DNA from: Patescibacteria group bacterium
GTDB lineage: Bacteria; Patescibacteriota; Patescibacteriia; Veblenbacterales; UBA10138
NCBI GenBank assembly: GCA_041645215.1
Contig: JBAZQK010000001.1
Span: 118,091-182,090 of the forward strand
Length of the DNA stretch: 64,000 bases
Reading direction: 5' to 3'
Shown here: positions 28,401 to 37,490 of the stretch, in pieces
Layout of the letters: every line of letters begins with the position of its first letter
Numbering within the stretch: position 1 is the first letter of the stretch
Program-made: the position numbers and the translations under genes
The notes under the pieces: generated by a model
Databases searched by the model: none
What the model was told of the DNA's origin: nothing
What the model saw: only the letters and a program-made list of their open reading frames with translations

Positions 28401-30212
28401 TTATTCGCGCCCAATTTTGGTGTACCAGTTTTCTATATCTAAGAAACGATTAGCCGGCTGATTAATCAGCCTTCGTTCCAAACCTTGCAGTTTATAGCTT
28501 AGGGCGTACATGTAGTTTTTACTGAATAAGAATATAGCCGGACTCTCGTCTTTTAAAATTTCTTGAAATTTAAGATATAAACTTTGCCGCTTTTTGTCAT
28601 CGTTGGTTTGTCTGGCTTCAGTTAACAGTTTGTCAGCCTCATGGTCTTGGAACTTCGCCAGGTTAAGTCCCGGGGCGATGATTTGAGAAGAGTGCCAAAA
28701 TGGATAAGGATCCGGGTCGAGGCCGGTAATTTCACTGGCTAATATGGCTTGATAAGCGCGGTTATTGATTAAATTGCTGTGCAGTTCACTTGGCGGTATC
28801 AGGTTTAATTCAACCTTAATCCCTATTTTTTCCCATTGGTTTTTAATGGCTTCAGCCGTGGCTAGATATTGGCTTTGGTCAATTATGGTTAGAATTATAG
28901 TTAGCGGTTCACCTTGAGAATCAACAAAAAATTTTCCCTGGTTATCTTTTTTAAAACCGGCGGCGGTTATTAATTTTTCAGCAGCCGCTAAGTTAAAGGG
29001 CCAAGCTACCGCCGCCGTTTTATTTTTTAATTCTCCCACTACAAATGGTCCGGTCGCTGGCCGGTAATTATTATTGGATAGTTTTTGGATAAGCTCTAGT
29101 CGATTAGTGGCATAGTTTAAAGCTTGGCGGACAGATTTATTTTTAAGAATGTCGTTTTGTTCCGGGTTAAAAAATATAGCGGTGTATTGGGGTAAGGGAA
29201 TGTCATAAAGATTAAATTTACCGCTGGATAAAGAATTGACACTGGCGGTATCAATTCCGCCTAGACCGTCCACCGCGTTCTGGCGCAAATAGTCAAGCGC
29301 GGCGGCCGTATCAGGCACAAATTTAATGGTAAGACTTTTTAAAAACGGTCTTTTGGTGTGAGTAAACGTATTTGGTTCCAGGCTATAACTTTTAATATTA
29401 CCGGACGCGTCTTTATTAACAGTTTTAAAGCGAAATGGCCCGGTCCCCACTGGTTTTAAGCTAGCCTCGTTAGTCAGCCAAGACTGAATTGGTATATTGT
29501 TCCATATATGAGCCGGTATGATGCCAATAGTCAGGGCGCTTAGGAAAGGAGCATAAGGGGTTTTTAAAGTAAAACTGACGGTCAGAGCATTAATACGGTT
29601 GACACTAAGGTCGCGAAATTCATTATAACGCGGACTCATTAGGTCTTTGTTTTGCAGGCGGTTGAAGGTAAAGATAATATCATCAGCTGTTAACGGTTCG
29701 CCGTCTGACCATTTTAGGCCTAGCCGCAGGCTGATTTGATAAGTTTTACCGTCTGAACTTAGATCCCAGTTTTCGGCCAGATCAGTGACAGTTTTACCTT
29801 GTTTGCTATATTTAAATAATCCGCGATAAGTTAGTTGACTTAGGTCAAGTTCGGCATCATTAGCGGCTAATAGCGGATTAGCGGTGCGGGGATTGCCAAT
29901 TATGGCTTCGCTATATTCACCGCCAATTGAGGGCATAACCACGGTAGTATTTTTGTGCCAACTCCAAATCAACCAACCGCCTGACATTACGCAAATTAAG
30001 AGCAAACTTATGACTAAAGTGCGTTCGGGCGAGTTAAGAATTTTAGGAAAGAGCGATAATTGTTTCCACGACGGCCAAAATTTTGTAACCGCTTGATTAA
30101 AACCATATTCAATGTCAGACTGGCGCTGGCCGTATAGCAGGCGCCAGAGCTTAAGCAGGCGATTGGAGATTTTTAAAACAATCGTCTTAGTGAATTGTGG
30201 TAAAGTAGATAT
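28401..30212 (-). CDS. Peptide ABC transporter substrate-binding protein (family 5); start uncertain
   Basis: DLAENWDLSSDGKTY, WSDGEPLTADD, VGTGPF; frame open to 30215. Confidence 0.88.
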   Translation of the reverse strand: MSTLPQFTKTIVLKISNRLLKLWRLLYGQRQSDIEYGFNQAVTKFWPSWKQLSLFPKILNSPERTLVISLLLICVMSGGWLIWSWHKNTTVVMPSIGGEYSEAIIGNPRTANPLLAANDAELDLSQLTYRGLFKYSKQGKTVTDLAENWDLSSDGKTYQISLRLGLKWSDGEPLTADDIIFTFNRLQNKDLMSPRYNEFRDLSVNRINALTVSFTLKTPYAPFLSALTIGIIPAHIWNNIPIQSWLTNEASLKPVGTGPFRFKTVNKDASGNIKSYSLEPNTFTHTKRPFLKSLTIKFVPDTAAALDYLRQNAVDGLGGIDTASVNSLSSGKFNLYDIPLPQYTAIFFNPEQNDILKNKSVRQALNYATNRLELIQKLSNNNYRPATGPFVVGELKNKTAAVAWPFNLAAAEKLITAAGFKKDNQGKFFVDSQGEPLTIILTIIDQSQYLATAEAIKNQWEKIGIKVELNLIPPSELHSNLINNRAYQAILASEITGLDPDPYPFWHSSQIIAPGLNLAKFQDHEADKLLTEARQTNDDKKRQSLYLKFQEILKDESPAIFLFSKNYMYALSYKLQGLERRLINQPANRFLDIENWYTKIGRE

Positions 30213-30226
30213 AAGTTAACTTAAAC

Positions 30227-30448
30227 TTAGGAACTAACCAACAAACTCCAAATTGCTAAGCTAAAAAAAATGATTGCTAAAATTATCGTACTTATGTAAA
30301 GTCCTTTTTCAACGCCTCGTTTGGTTCGGTAAACATTGCCTTCACCGCCAAAAATCCCGCCCAAACCAGTACCACGGCTTTGCAAAATAATCGCGATAAT
30401 CAAAAGTAGAGAAATCGCCGCTTGAACGATTTGGACGTATCTTATCAT
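30227..30448 (-). CDS. secG: Preprotein translocase subunit SecG
   Basis: ILQSRGTGLGGIFGG..RTKRGVEK; two TM helices. Confidence 0.92.
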   Translation of the reverse strand: MIRYVQIVQAAISLLLIIAIILQSRGTGLGGIFGGEGNVYRTKRGVEKGLYISTIILAIIFFSLAIWSLLVSS

Positions 30449-30538
30449 TTCCGTCAGAATAAAGTGGGTTGCTAATCAATTTAGCAAAAGTTAAGTTAAA
30501 AGTAACATACTGCGGTTAGTTTGTCAAGGCCCTTAATT

Positions 30539-32569
30539 ATGTCGCCAGATAATATTTTGTCAGGTTTAAATTCAGCTCAAGTTGCGGCGGTTACGGAAAA
30601 CAGCGGTCCGGTTTTAGTATTGGCCGGGGCGGGTAGTGGTAAAACCAGAACAATTGTTCATCGTTTGGGTTATTTAATCAAACAACGGGCAGTTTCACCA
30701 ACTGAAATTGTGGCTGTGACTTTTACCAATCGAGCCGCGGCCGAGCTTAAGAACCGGGTGGAAAATTTGGTTGGCCGGGCGGCCTTAGTTAATATGGCAA
30801 CGGTCGGAACATTTCATTCCGTCAGTTGTCGCTGGTTACGCCGTGAAGCTCGTCATTTGGGTTGGCCCAGTCACTTTACTATTTATGATACTGACGACCA
30901 AATGAATTTACTAAAGTCAGTTTATAAAACAGTCGGTCTGTCGCTTAAACAGTTTCCGCCGCGGGCGGTGCTGGCTGTTATATCGCAGGCTAAGTCTAAT
31001 TTGTTAAAGCCGGCCGAATTTTTAGAGAACAGTGAGGGGAATTACTTTAATCAGGTGGTTTACCGGGTTTATTTACAATATCAAGCGGATTTACGACAAA
31101 ATCAAGCAATGGATTTTGACGATTTAATCAGCCAACTGGTTTGGTTGTGGCAGTCCAATCCTAAAATACTCCAGCGTTATCAGCAACTTTACCGTTATTT
31201 GTTGGTTGATGAATATCAAGATACTAATCAAGCGCAATATCAGTGGTGCAAATTATTGGCCGGCGGTTATCGTAATTTATATGTGGTCGGTGATGATTGG
31301 CAGTCAATTTATTCCTGGCGGGGCGCCGACTTTGGCAATATTCTGCGTTTTAATAAAGATTACCCTGATGCCAAAATAATCAAGCTCGAGCAAAATTATC
31401 GGTCAACCCAGACTATCATCAGGGCTTCTAACGCGGTTATGGTTAAAGCGGTGTTAAAAAGTGATAAAAAATTATGGACCGAAAACGATTTCGGTACGGC
31501 TATCGCGGTGGTGGAGGTGGATAATGAAAATAGTGAGGCGGAATTCGTGGTTAATCAGGCCGTCAAACTGGTGCCAGGCGATACCGCCGACGTTGAACTG
31601 ACTTATGAATCAACAACCAGCAAAAGTTTTTTGCCGGATGTGAGAATGCCCTCGCGGTTTTACGGTTCAGCGGCGGATTTGTCGCAAACCGCCGTTTTGT
31701 ATCGGACCAATATACAAAGTCGCGCCTTAGAACAGGCTTGTCTTAAACAAGGCGTGCCGTATCGTTTAATTGGCGGTGTCCGTTTTTACGAACGTCGGGA
31801 AATTAAAGATATGTTGGCCTATTTGCGATTTTTGCTTAATCCGTTTGATACGGTTAGTTTGCGCCGCTTAGTTACGCGGCCTAACCGCGGTTTGGGGGTG
31901 GCGAGCGTTGAGTTAATTATCCAGACAGCGCAAACGCAAAAATTAAATGTCTTGCAATTGGCCGAGCAAGCGATTTTAAGCGGGCAGCGCCAGGCGGCTT
32001 GGCAAGATTTGATTAAATTGTTCGCCACTTGCCGGCAAAAATTACCTGATTTGACGGTTGACCAATTGATTGATTGGGTGATGGCCGCCAGCGGATTAAA
32101 AGCCGATATTTTAGACGGCACCGACGAGGGCGAAGTCAGATTTATGAACATTCAGGAACTTAAAACCGTAGCCATTGAGCGCGCCGCCGGCCAAGGCCAG
32201 CCGGCCTTGGAACAATTTTTAACCGAGGTATCGCTGTGGCAGGATCAGGATGGGTTGGGCATTAAATCAAGTGGACTGACATTAATGACCTTGCATGCGG
32301 CTAAGGGGTTGGAGTTTAAAAATGTTTTTGTGGTTGGCATGGAGGAGGGCCTGTTTCCGCATGCTTCCAGTTTTAACGACCCGGCGGAAATGGATGAGGA
32401 AAGGCGTTTGTGTTATGTCGGCTTAACCCGCGCCAAGGAAAGAGTCTATTGTGTTTATGCGGTTAACCGCCGCTTGGCCGGCACTTTGACGTTTGGCATA
32501 CCCTCGCGGTTTATTGGTGATTTGCCACCGGAATTGGTCAGTTTTAAATCATTAGCCAATCCGTTTTAA
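30539..32569 (+). CDS. pcrA: UvrD/PcrA helicase
   Basis: AGAGSGKT, VDEYQDTN, QSIYSWRGA, HAAKGLEF, YVGLTRAK. Confidence 0.93.
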   Translation: MSPDNILSGLNSAQVAAVTENSGPVLVLAGAGSGKTRTIVHRLGYLIKQRAVSPTEIVAVTFTNRAAAELKNRVENLVGRAALVNMATVGTFHSVSCRWLRREARHLGWPSHFTIYDTDDQMNLLKSVYKTVGLSLKQFPPRAVLAVISQAKSNLLKPAEFLENSEGNYFNQVVYRVYLQYQADLRQNQAMDFDDLISQLVWLWQSNPKILQRYQQLYRYLLVDEYQDTNQAQYQWCKLLAGGYRNLYVVGDDWQSIYSWRGADFGNILRFNKDYPDAKIIKLEQNYRSTQTIIRASNAVMVKAVLKSDKKLWTENDFGTAIAVVEVDNENSEAEFVVNQAVKLVPGDTADVELTYESTTSKSFLPDVRMPSRFYGSAADLSQTAVLYRTNIQSRALEQACLKQGVPYRLIGGVRFYERREIKDMLAYLRFLLNPFDTVSLRRLVTRPNRGLGVASVELIIQTAQTQKLNVLQLAEQAILSGQRQAAWQDLIKLFATCRQKLPDLTVDQLIDWVMAASGLKADILDGTDEGEVRFMNIQELKTVAIERAAGQGQPALEQFLTEVSLWQDQDGLGIKSSGLTLMTLHAAKGLEFKNVFVVGMEEGLFPHASSFNDPAEMDEERRLCYVGLTRAKERVYCVYAVNRRLAGTLTFGIPSRFIGDLPPELVSFKSLANPF

Positions 32570-32622
32570 AAAAATAAAATAAGGCGGTCTAAACTTCAGA
32601 CCGCCTGTCAAGATTTGTTTTA

Positions 32623-33333
32623 TTAAAAATCATCGCCACCACTGTTCGGTTCACACTTTTCATTGTGTAAACAATTTGGACAAATTATATGGTCATAATT
32701 TATTTCTCTGTTCATGGTAGCCAGCTCACCCTGATACATTTTGTGGTCAGGTGAGATTCCATATTTGTTTGTAAAAACAGAGAATTTAAGCATACGAACG
32801 CCACAATGTCTTCTGAAAATAAATCTTTTAAACGAAACAAGAATCGGGGTGGTGGTAATTTTTTCGTCAGATTTTTCCGTTCTAGCTTCTTTTATCGTTT
32901 TAATTAACTCGTCCATATTTTTGATTTCTGGTTTGTAACCTTCTTCCTTTACGTAATATCCACCGAATAACAGGATGACGCTTGTTACCAAATAGAAATA
33001 ATTAGGCAAACGACAAATATCATTCATCAATTGCGAATATTCCGACAATGTAACAAAAACTGACACTAGGATTATTAGTCCAACTAAACTGGTCACTAAT
33101 CCCATAAACCACCGCAACAAAGAGAAAGTTTCTCTTCGTTGCTTAATTACTTTGATACCCAAGAAGACAATTAGACAGCCGAACAATAGTACCCAAAATG
33201 TATAGTTGTCTAAAATTCGGGTCGCATTTCCTGGTATCTCGCTATTAACAACGAGAAATAAAGCTAGAAAAAAGCCACCGAGAAGAATTAGAGCTTTTCC
33301 GAATAGTTGATACTTGTTTTTCATTTTACCCAT
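32623..33333 (-). CDS. Orphan membrane protein with C-terminal Cys motif
   Basis: Four TM segments, CPNC; last gene of a three-gene AT-rich operon. Confidence 0.65.
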   Translation of the reverse strand: MGKMKNKYQLFGKALILLGGFFLALFLVVNSEIPGNATRILDNYTFWVLLFGCLIVFLGIKVIKQRRETFSLLRWFMGLVTSLVGLIILVSVFVTLSEYSQLMNDICRLPNYFYLVTSVILLFGGYYVKEEGYKPEIKNMDELIKTIKEARTEKSDEKITTTPILVSFKRFIFRRHCGVRMLKFSVFTNKYGISPDHKMYQGELATMNREINYDHIICPNCLHNEKCEPNSGGDDF

Positions 33334-33385
33334 CCTTTTTGACTTGATGATTGATTTAGTGTTTTGATTGTTAATTTTTTTCACA

Positions 33386-33571
33386 TTACTCCAACAAACT
33401 TGCGCCAATAATGGCTAATATAGCTCCTCCAAAAAATAAGACTATTGCCACCCATCGCTTAACATCGCTGGCCTGGTAGTAACTAATTTCTCTGCCTATG
33501 CGTACAGAAAGAAAAATTCCAGCGCAACCTAGTACAATAAGTACCCAGGCTAATTTCTGTGTTAATTCCAT
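33386..33571 (-). CDS. Small two-TM orphan protein
   Basis: GAGGTGG SD, two hydrophobic helices. Confidence 0.6.
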   Translation of the reverse strand: MELTQKLAWVLIVLGCAGIFLSVRIGREISYYQASDVKRWVAIVLFFGGAILAIIGASLLE

Positions 33572-33579
33572 CCGCCACC

Positions 33580-34002
33580 TCAACAGAATTCTTCTGTTAA
33601 CATTCTATCGTCGTATAGGAAATGCTTTCCTATCCGCATTATAACCAGCATCATTATTGCACCAACTAATACTAGTTGCATTGGTATAAGGCTAACCAGC
33701 ATAATTTGATTATTGGGTAGTGTAATTAACATATAGTCTTCCGGTCCGGTTAGGGCATAGGTTGTGACACCGAATGAACCTATTGAAAAGAAAATAATTC
33801 CAAAAAAATATAGCAGTTCCGGTTTTATAATGCAGAAGACTGTACCGATTGCTATTATTATCGCCCCGCCGTTAAGCATAGTGTATTTTTCTGCTTGGGT
33901 TGCGCCACCGTTTTTTACGGCCAGAATTACACCTGCTGCCATAATTAATATGACAACTACAATTTTGACAATAGACAATGGTTTTAATGAATAATTATTC
34001 AT
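33580..34002 (-). CDS. Orphan four-TM membrane protein
   Basis: Hydrophobic ORF, AAGGGA SD. Confidence 0.65.
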   Translation of the reverse strand: MNNYSLKPLSIVKIVVVILIMAAGVILAVKNGGATQAEKYTMLNGGAIIIAIGTVFCIIKPELLYFFGIIFFSIGSFGVTTYALTGPEDYMLITLPNNQIMLVSLIPMQLVLVGAIMMLVIMRIGKHFLYDDRMLTEEFC

Positions 34003-34045
34003 GGTAGTCCCTTTTTGATTTGTGATTTATTTTATTTAATTGTAT

Positions 34046-34206
34046 TTTCTCCCTACTAATCCGGAGGAGAAGGTCTAAACGTCTTATGTCCGGAGACGAC
34101 GTTTTAAGGTTAATGACCTTGGAGATAATCAGTAACCAGCTAACTAGCACCAATTAATATCCTAAGCTTATTAACCCTTCTCCCCTCCCGAGTTAGTAAG
34201 GAGAAA
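34046..34206 (-). ncRNA. Candidate structured leader RNA (multi-stem)
   Basis: Long closing stem plus two inner hairpins; G-U pairs form on the minus strand only. Confidence 0.45.
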
Positions 34207-34213
34207 TTAGGAG

Positions 34214-34280
34214 TGTCATTCCCAATCTAATTGGGAATCTAGAAAATCCTTCCTGGATTCCCGTTGGCACGGGAATGACA
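34214..34280. repeat. GTCAT..ATGAC REP-like doublet
   Basis: TGTCATTCCC..GGGAATC / GATTCCC..GGGAATGACA. Confidence 0.8.
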
Positions 34281-34294
34281 TACTGACAGCTACA

Positions 34295-34378
34295 TTGTTA
34301 AAGAACCCTTCCTTTCACCAATCACGACTTGGTCATTAAATAACTTATCAATATACGCCTAAACCTCTTATTTGTCAA
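34295..34378 (-). promoter_or_regulatory. sigma70 promoter followed by boxA-like element
   Basis: TTGACA-17-TATATT (34378-34350); GTTCTTTAACAA at 34306-34295. Confidence 0.6.
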
Positions 34379-34547
34379 GGGTCGTGGAACAATTTTGGCT
34401 AGTAGCCAAGAGCTAATGGCTAATGGTAGGGAAAATAAAACACTGGGAAACAGTGTTCTACGTTGCACAGGTCTGGCCTCTGCTTTGGAGCTGTGCTTTC
34501 TTAAAAAAATAACGCCAGAGGTTAATTAAACTATAAAGTTAGAAAGT

Positions 34548-35024
34548 TTAATAAACTCTGGCAGATTGAGATTGTTTTTTATTTTTATTTATTAGTTTGG
34601 CATAAGTTGCCGACAGCGGTCCTAGTTGCCTTATGATAATTTCATCTAAGGCCGATTCAAAACTGATACTACCGTCAATAATGAAGTTGGCAATTTTTTT
34701 AATAACCTCGCGTTTAAGCAAGTTATTATTTATTATACCTTTCATGCTTCTGACGTCGTTTGCCAATTTGGAGTCTTGCGCCGTAGGGTGCAACTCGGGA
34801 CTTATGTTTAGGCCGATATAAAGAGTTTTAACCATTGCTATATAAATTTTCAAAAACTGTTCTGGTTCAATGGGCATATCGGCTGTGCTAAATAAGATGA
34901 AGATTGCGCACAGAATGTTTTCTTCCTGGCTGCCGTTGTCAAGGCAATGATAGTTGTTACAGTCAATGGAGTTTTTTAATTCTTGGCTGATTTTAAGGTA
35001 CGGAGGTGTTGGTATTTGTCCCAT
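34548..35024 (-). CDS. Orphan hypothetical protein
   Basis: 158-aa ORF, AAGGTGG SD, TTGACT-17-TAAGGT promoter. Confidence 0.6.
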   Translation of the reverse strand: MGQIPTPPYLKISQELKNSIDCNNYHCLDNGSQEENILCAIFILFSTADMPIEPEQFLKIYIAMVKTLYIGLNISPELHPTAQDSKLANDVRSMKGIINNNLLKREVIKKIANFIIDGSISFESALDEIIIRQLGPLSATYAKLINKNKKQSQSARVY

Positions 35025-35221
35025 GGGGCCACCTTTTGGTTGTGTTTTGATTGTTTGTTTGCCTTGACCTTATCTAAATAATTGAAAAAAGTCAATACTT
35101 TATAGAAAGTCTAAATAAAATCTGATTTTATTATTCATTACTTCTCTAGAGAAGTAACATAAGAGTCGCCACACAAGGCTTACGGGTATGGCAGTGCTCG
35201 TTAGACACAGGGCTGGTGCTA

Positions 35222-35321
35222 CCTGCCCGCCATCGGCCTCTTGCAATCGATAATTGCTAATTAGTGTTGTAGTTTTCTATTTAATAGCATCGTTTACTTT
35301 GTACAGGCTTAGGCAGGTGGG
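35222..35321 (-). repeat. ~100-bp dispersed element, copy 2
   Basis: Minus strand CCCACCTGCCTAAGCC..GAGGCCGATGGCGGGCAGG. Confidence 0.65.
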
Positions 35322-35529
35322 TGTACAAACCACCACAAACACGCACCAGCTTAACCTGTGTCTAACTTCCCCGCCGGCCGTCGGGCAGGCGCTCTGCACA
35401 TACCCTCCAGCATGGTGGCAAAAGAGATAACACAAAATCTCTACCACCTGCACCCCTCGTTCCTGGCACGCTAGGAAAGGAAGATAATATTGTTAGTTGA
35501 GGATTGGCTTGATACACAGTTAAATTTGA

Positions 35530-37287
35530 TTATATCCGTTCCAAATGTGAGAATAGTTTAGCTGCTTTTTTATTACCTAAGATTTTTTCCAATTTGTCCA
35601 AGCTGGCCAGGCGCAAATTCTTTAAATCACCAAATTCTTGTTTTAATAGTTTTTTGGTTTTTGGACCCACGCCCGGGAGTCCATCCAAACCGGATTTAAG
35701 ATTGCGCCGGCGGTGAGTTTGGCGGTAAAAGGTTATGCCAAAGCGATGAGCCTCATCACGCAATTGTTCCAGCAATAGTAGTCCCGGATTATTTGATTTC
35801 AATCGTAGAGCAGACTTTTTGTTTGGCCGGTAAATTAATTCTTCGGCTTTAGCCAGCGCGATAATTGGCACGGTCACACCGTAGCTATTTAAGACTTTTT
35901 GTACTGTTGACAGTTGCCCGGCGCCGCCATCCAGCATAATAAGATCGGGTTGCGGCCAATCAAGATTTTTAGTAAAACGACGAGCTATCACTTGTGCCAA
36001 CATAGCAACATCGTTAGGCGTGGTAAGGCCTTTGATTTTAAAATGACGATAAGATTTATTATCCAGTAAGCCATCAGTCATTACTACCATGGCGCCTACG
36101 GCATTTTGGCCTTGGATGTTGGAAATATCATAACCTTCAAGGCGCTCGGGTAGTTTGGATAAATTGAGCGCTTTTTGTAAGGTTTTCAGACCGCGGCGCG
36201 CTCGGACTGATTGGCGTTCCCAGCTGGTGCGGCTTTGTTCCAAAAAATTTTGGGCGTTAATGGCGGCCAATTTGACCAAGTTGCGTTTGTAACCGCGCTG
36301 GGCAACTTTTATTTTAATTTTTCCAATGAGTTTGGTTTGGACTTTAATTGGCAGATAAACTGCCGACGGCAGATTAGTAGCCAGACTATAGTATTGCGGC
36401 AAAAAATCTTCCCAAATTTCTTCGGCTGGTAAACCACGAGTGTGTTCCAGTAGAAAATTTTGAGTATCAAGCAGGGCGCCACGGCGAATTGGCAAATGGC
36501 AAACCGCGGCTAAGTCCAAATATTGATACAAACCAAAAATGTCAAAACTGCTTGGTTGTGGGCTAAGGGCGCTTTGTTTAATAATAATTTGTTCCAGAGA
36601 TTTAATCTGGTCGCGTTGTTTAGCCGCCAGTTCAAATTTTTTAGCCGCGGCCGCTCGGCGCATAGTTTGCTTAAGTTCGTTAATAATTTGTTCGGTTTTG
36701 CCTTGTAATATTTTTTCAGCTTGTTTTAGTGAACGCCGGTAGACTGACTTGCTTTGGGGCGCGAAGTTATGCCCCAGGCAACGCCCGAGGCGGGCGGCAA
36801 AACAAGGTTTGTCCGGCGGGTTAGGGCAGGTTTTAAGGCCAAAGATTTTTTTAAGCAAATAAAAAGTACGACGGGCGGCTACCGCCGAAGTATAAGGACC
36901 AAAGTATTTTATGCCTTTAATTTTAGTGGTGCGCTCCAGGCTTACTTCCGGCCAGTCGGTACGATAGTCAATCGCCAGGTAGAGCCAGCTTTTATCATCT
37001 TTTAAAACCACATTATAAGGCGGACGGTATTGCTTGATTAAATTACTTTCCAGCAGCAAAGCTTCGGTTTCATTTTTTACTCTTATGGTCTCGAGACTGG
37101 TAATTTCTTTGACCATGGTTTGTTTGGCCGGACTTAGCTTAGCCCCGCTGTGAAAGTAAGAATTTACTCGGGCATAGAGCGATTTAGCCTTGCCCACGTA
37201 AAGCAGTTGTTCGGTTTGGTTAAAAAACTTATATACACCGGGTGCGGCCGGCAGTTTGCTCAACTGGCGTTTAAGAACGAGATTCAT
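35530..37287 (-). CDS. uvrC: Excinuclease ABC subunit C
   Basis: PGVY..YVGKAK GIY-YIG domain, YDISN, DGGAGQ, RDEAHRF, HhH. Confidence 0.96.
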   Translation of the reverse strand: MNLVLKRQLSKLPAAPGVYKFFNQTEQLLYVGKAKSLYARVNSYFHSGAKLSPAKQTMVKEITSLETIRVKNETEALLLESNLIKQYRPPYNVVLKDDKSWLYLAIDYRTDWPEVSLERTTKIKGIKYFGPYTSAVAARRTFYLLKKIFGLKTCPNPPDKPCFAARLGRCLGHNFAPQSKSVYRRSLKQAEKILQGKTEQIINELKQTMRRAAAAKKFELAAKQRDQIKSLEQIIIKQSALSPQPSSFDIFGLYQYLDLAAVCHLPIRRGALLDTQNFLLEHTRGLPAEEIWEDFLPQYYSLATNLPSAVYLPIKVQTKLIGKIKIKVAQRGYKRNLVKLAAINAQNFLEQSRTSWERQSVRARRGLKTLQKALNLSKLPERLEGYDISNIQGQNAVGAMVVMTDGLLDNKSYRHFKIKGLTTPNDVAMLAQVIARRFTKNLDWPQPDLIMLDGGAGQLSTVQKVLNSYGVTVPIIALAKAEELIYRPNKKSALRLKSNNPGLLLLEQLRDEAHRFGITFYRQTHRRRNLKSGLDGLPGVGPKTKKLLKQEFGDLKNLRLASLDKLEKILGNKKAAKLFSHLERI

Positions 37288-37490
37288 ATCTTTGATGTTA
37301 ATATAAATTGTTTTATTTACCAATGTTTTTATCGTAGAGTGGCAGGATTAAATCTAAATATTACTCTATGTAGGCAGGCAAATTTAGTGTTTTTGGCCAG
37401 GTTGTCATCTTTTATTTTTTGGTTTTAACCTTAAACCTTGACTTGGCTTGACAGGCGGAGTATAATTGAACCTAACTTTGTGCCATTTTT

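Noticed and set aside
32623-35024. Integron cassette array or prophage
   Set aside because: No attC-like repeated sites, integrase or phage hallmark genes
35160-35500. RNase P RNA, SRP RNA or tmRNA
   Set aside because: Signature motifs (GAGGAAAGTCC, CAGG..GGAAGCAG, tRNA-like ends) not found on either strand
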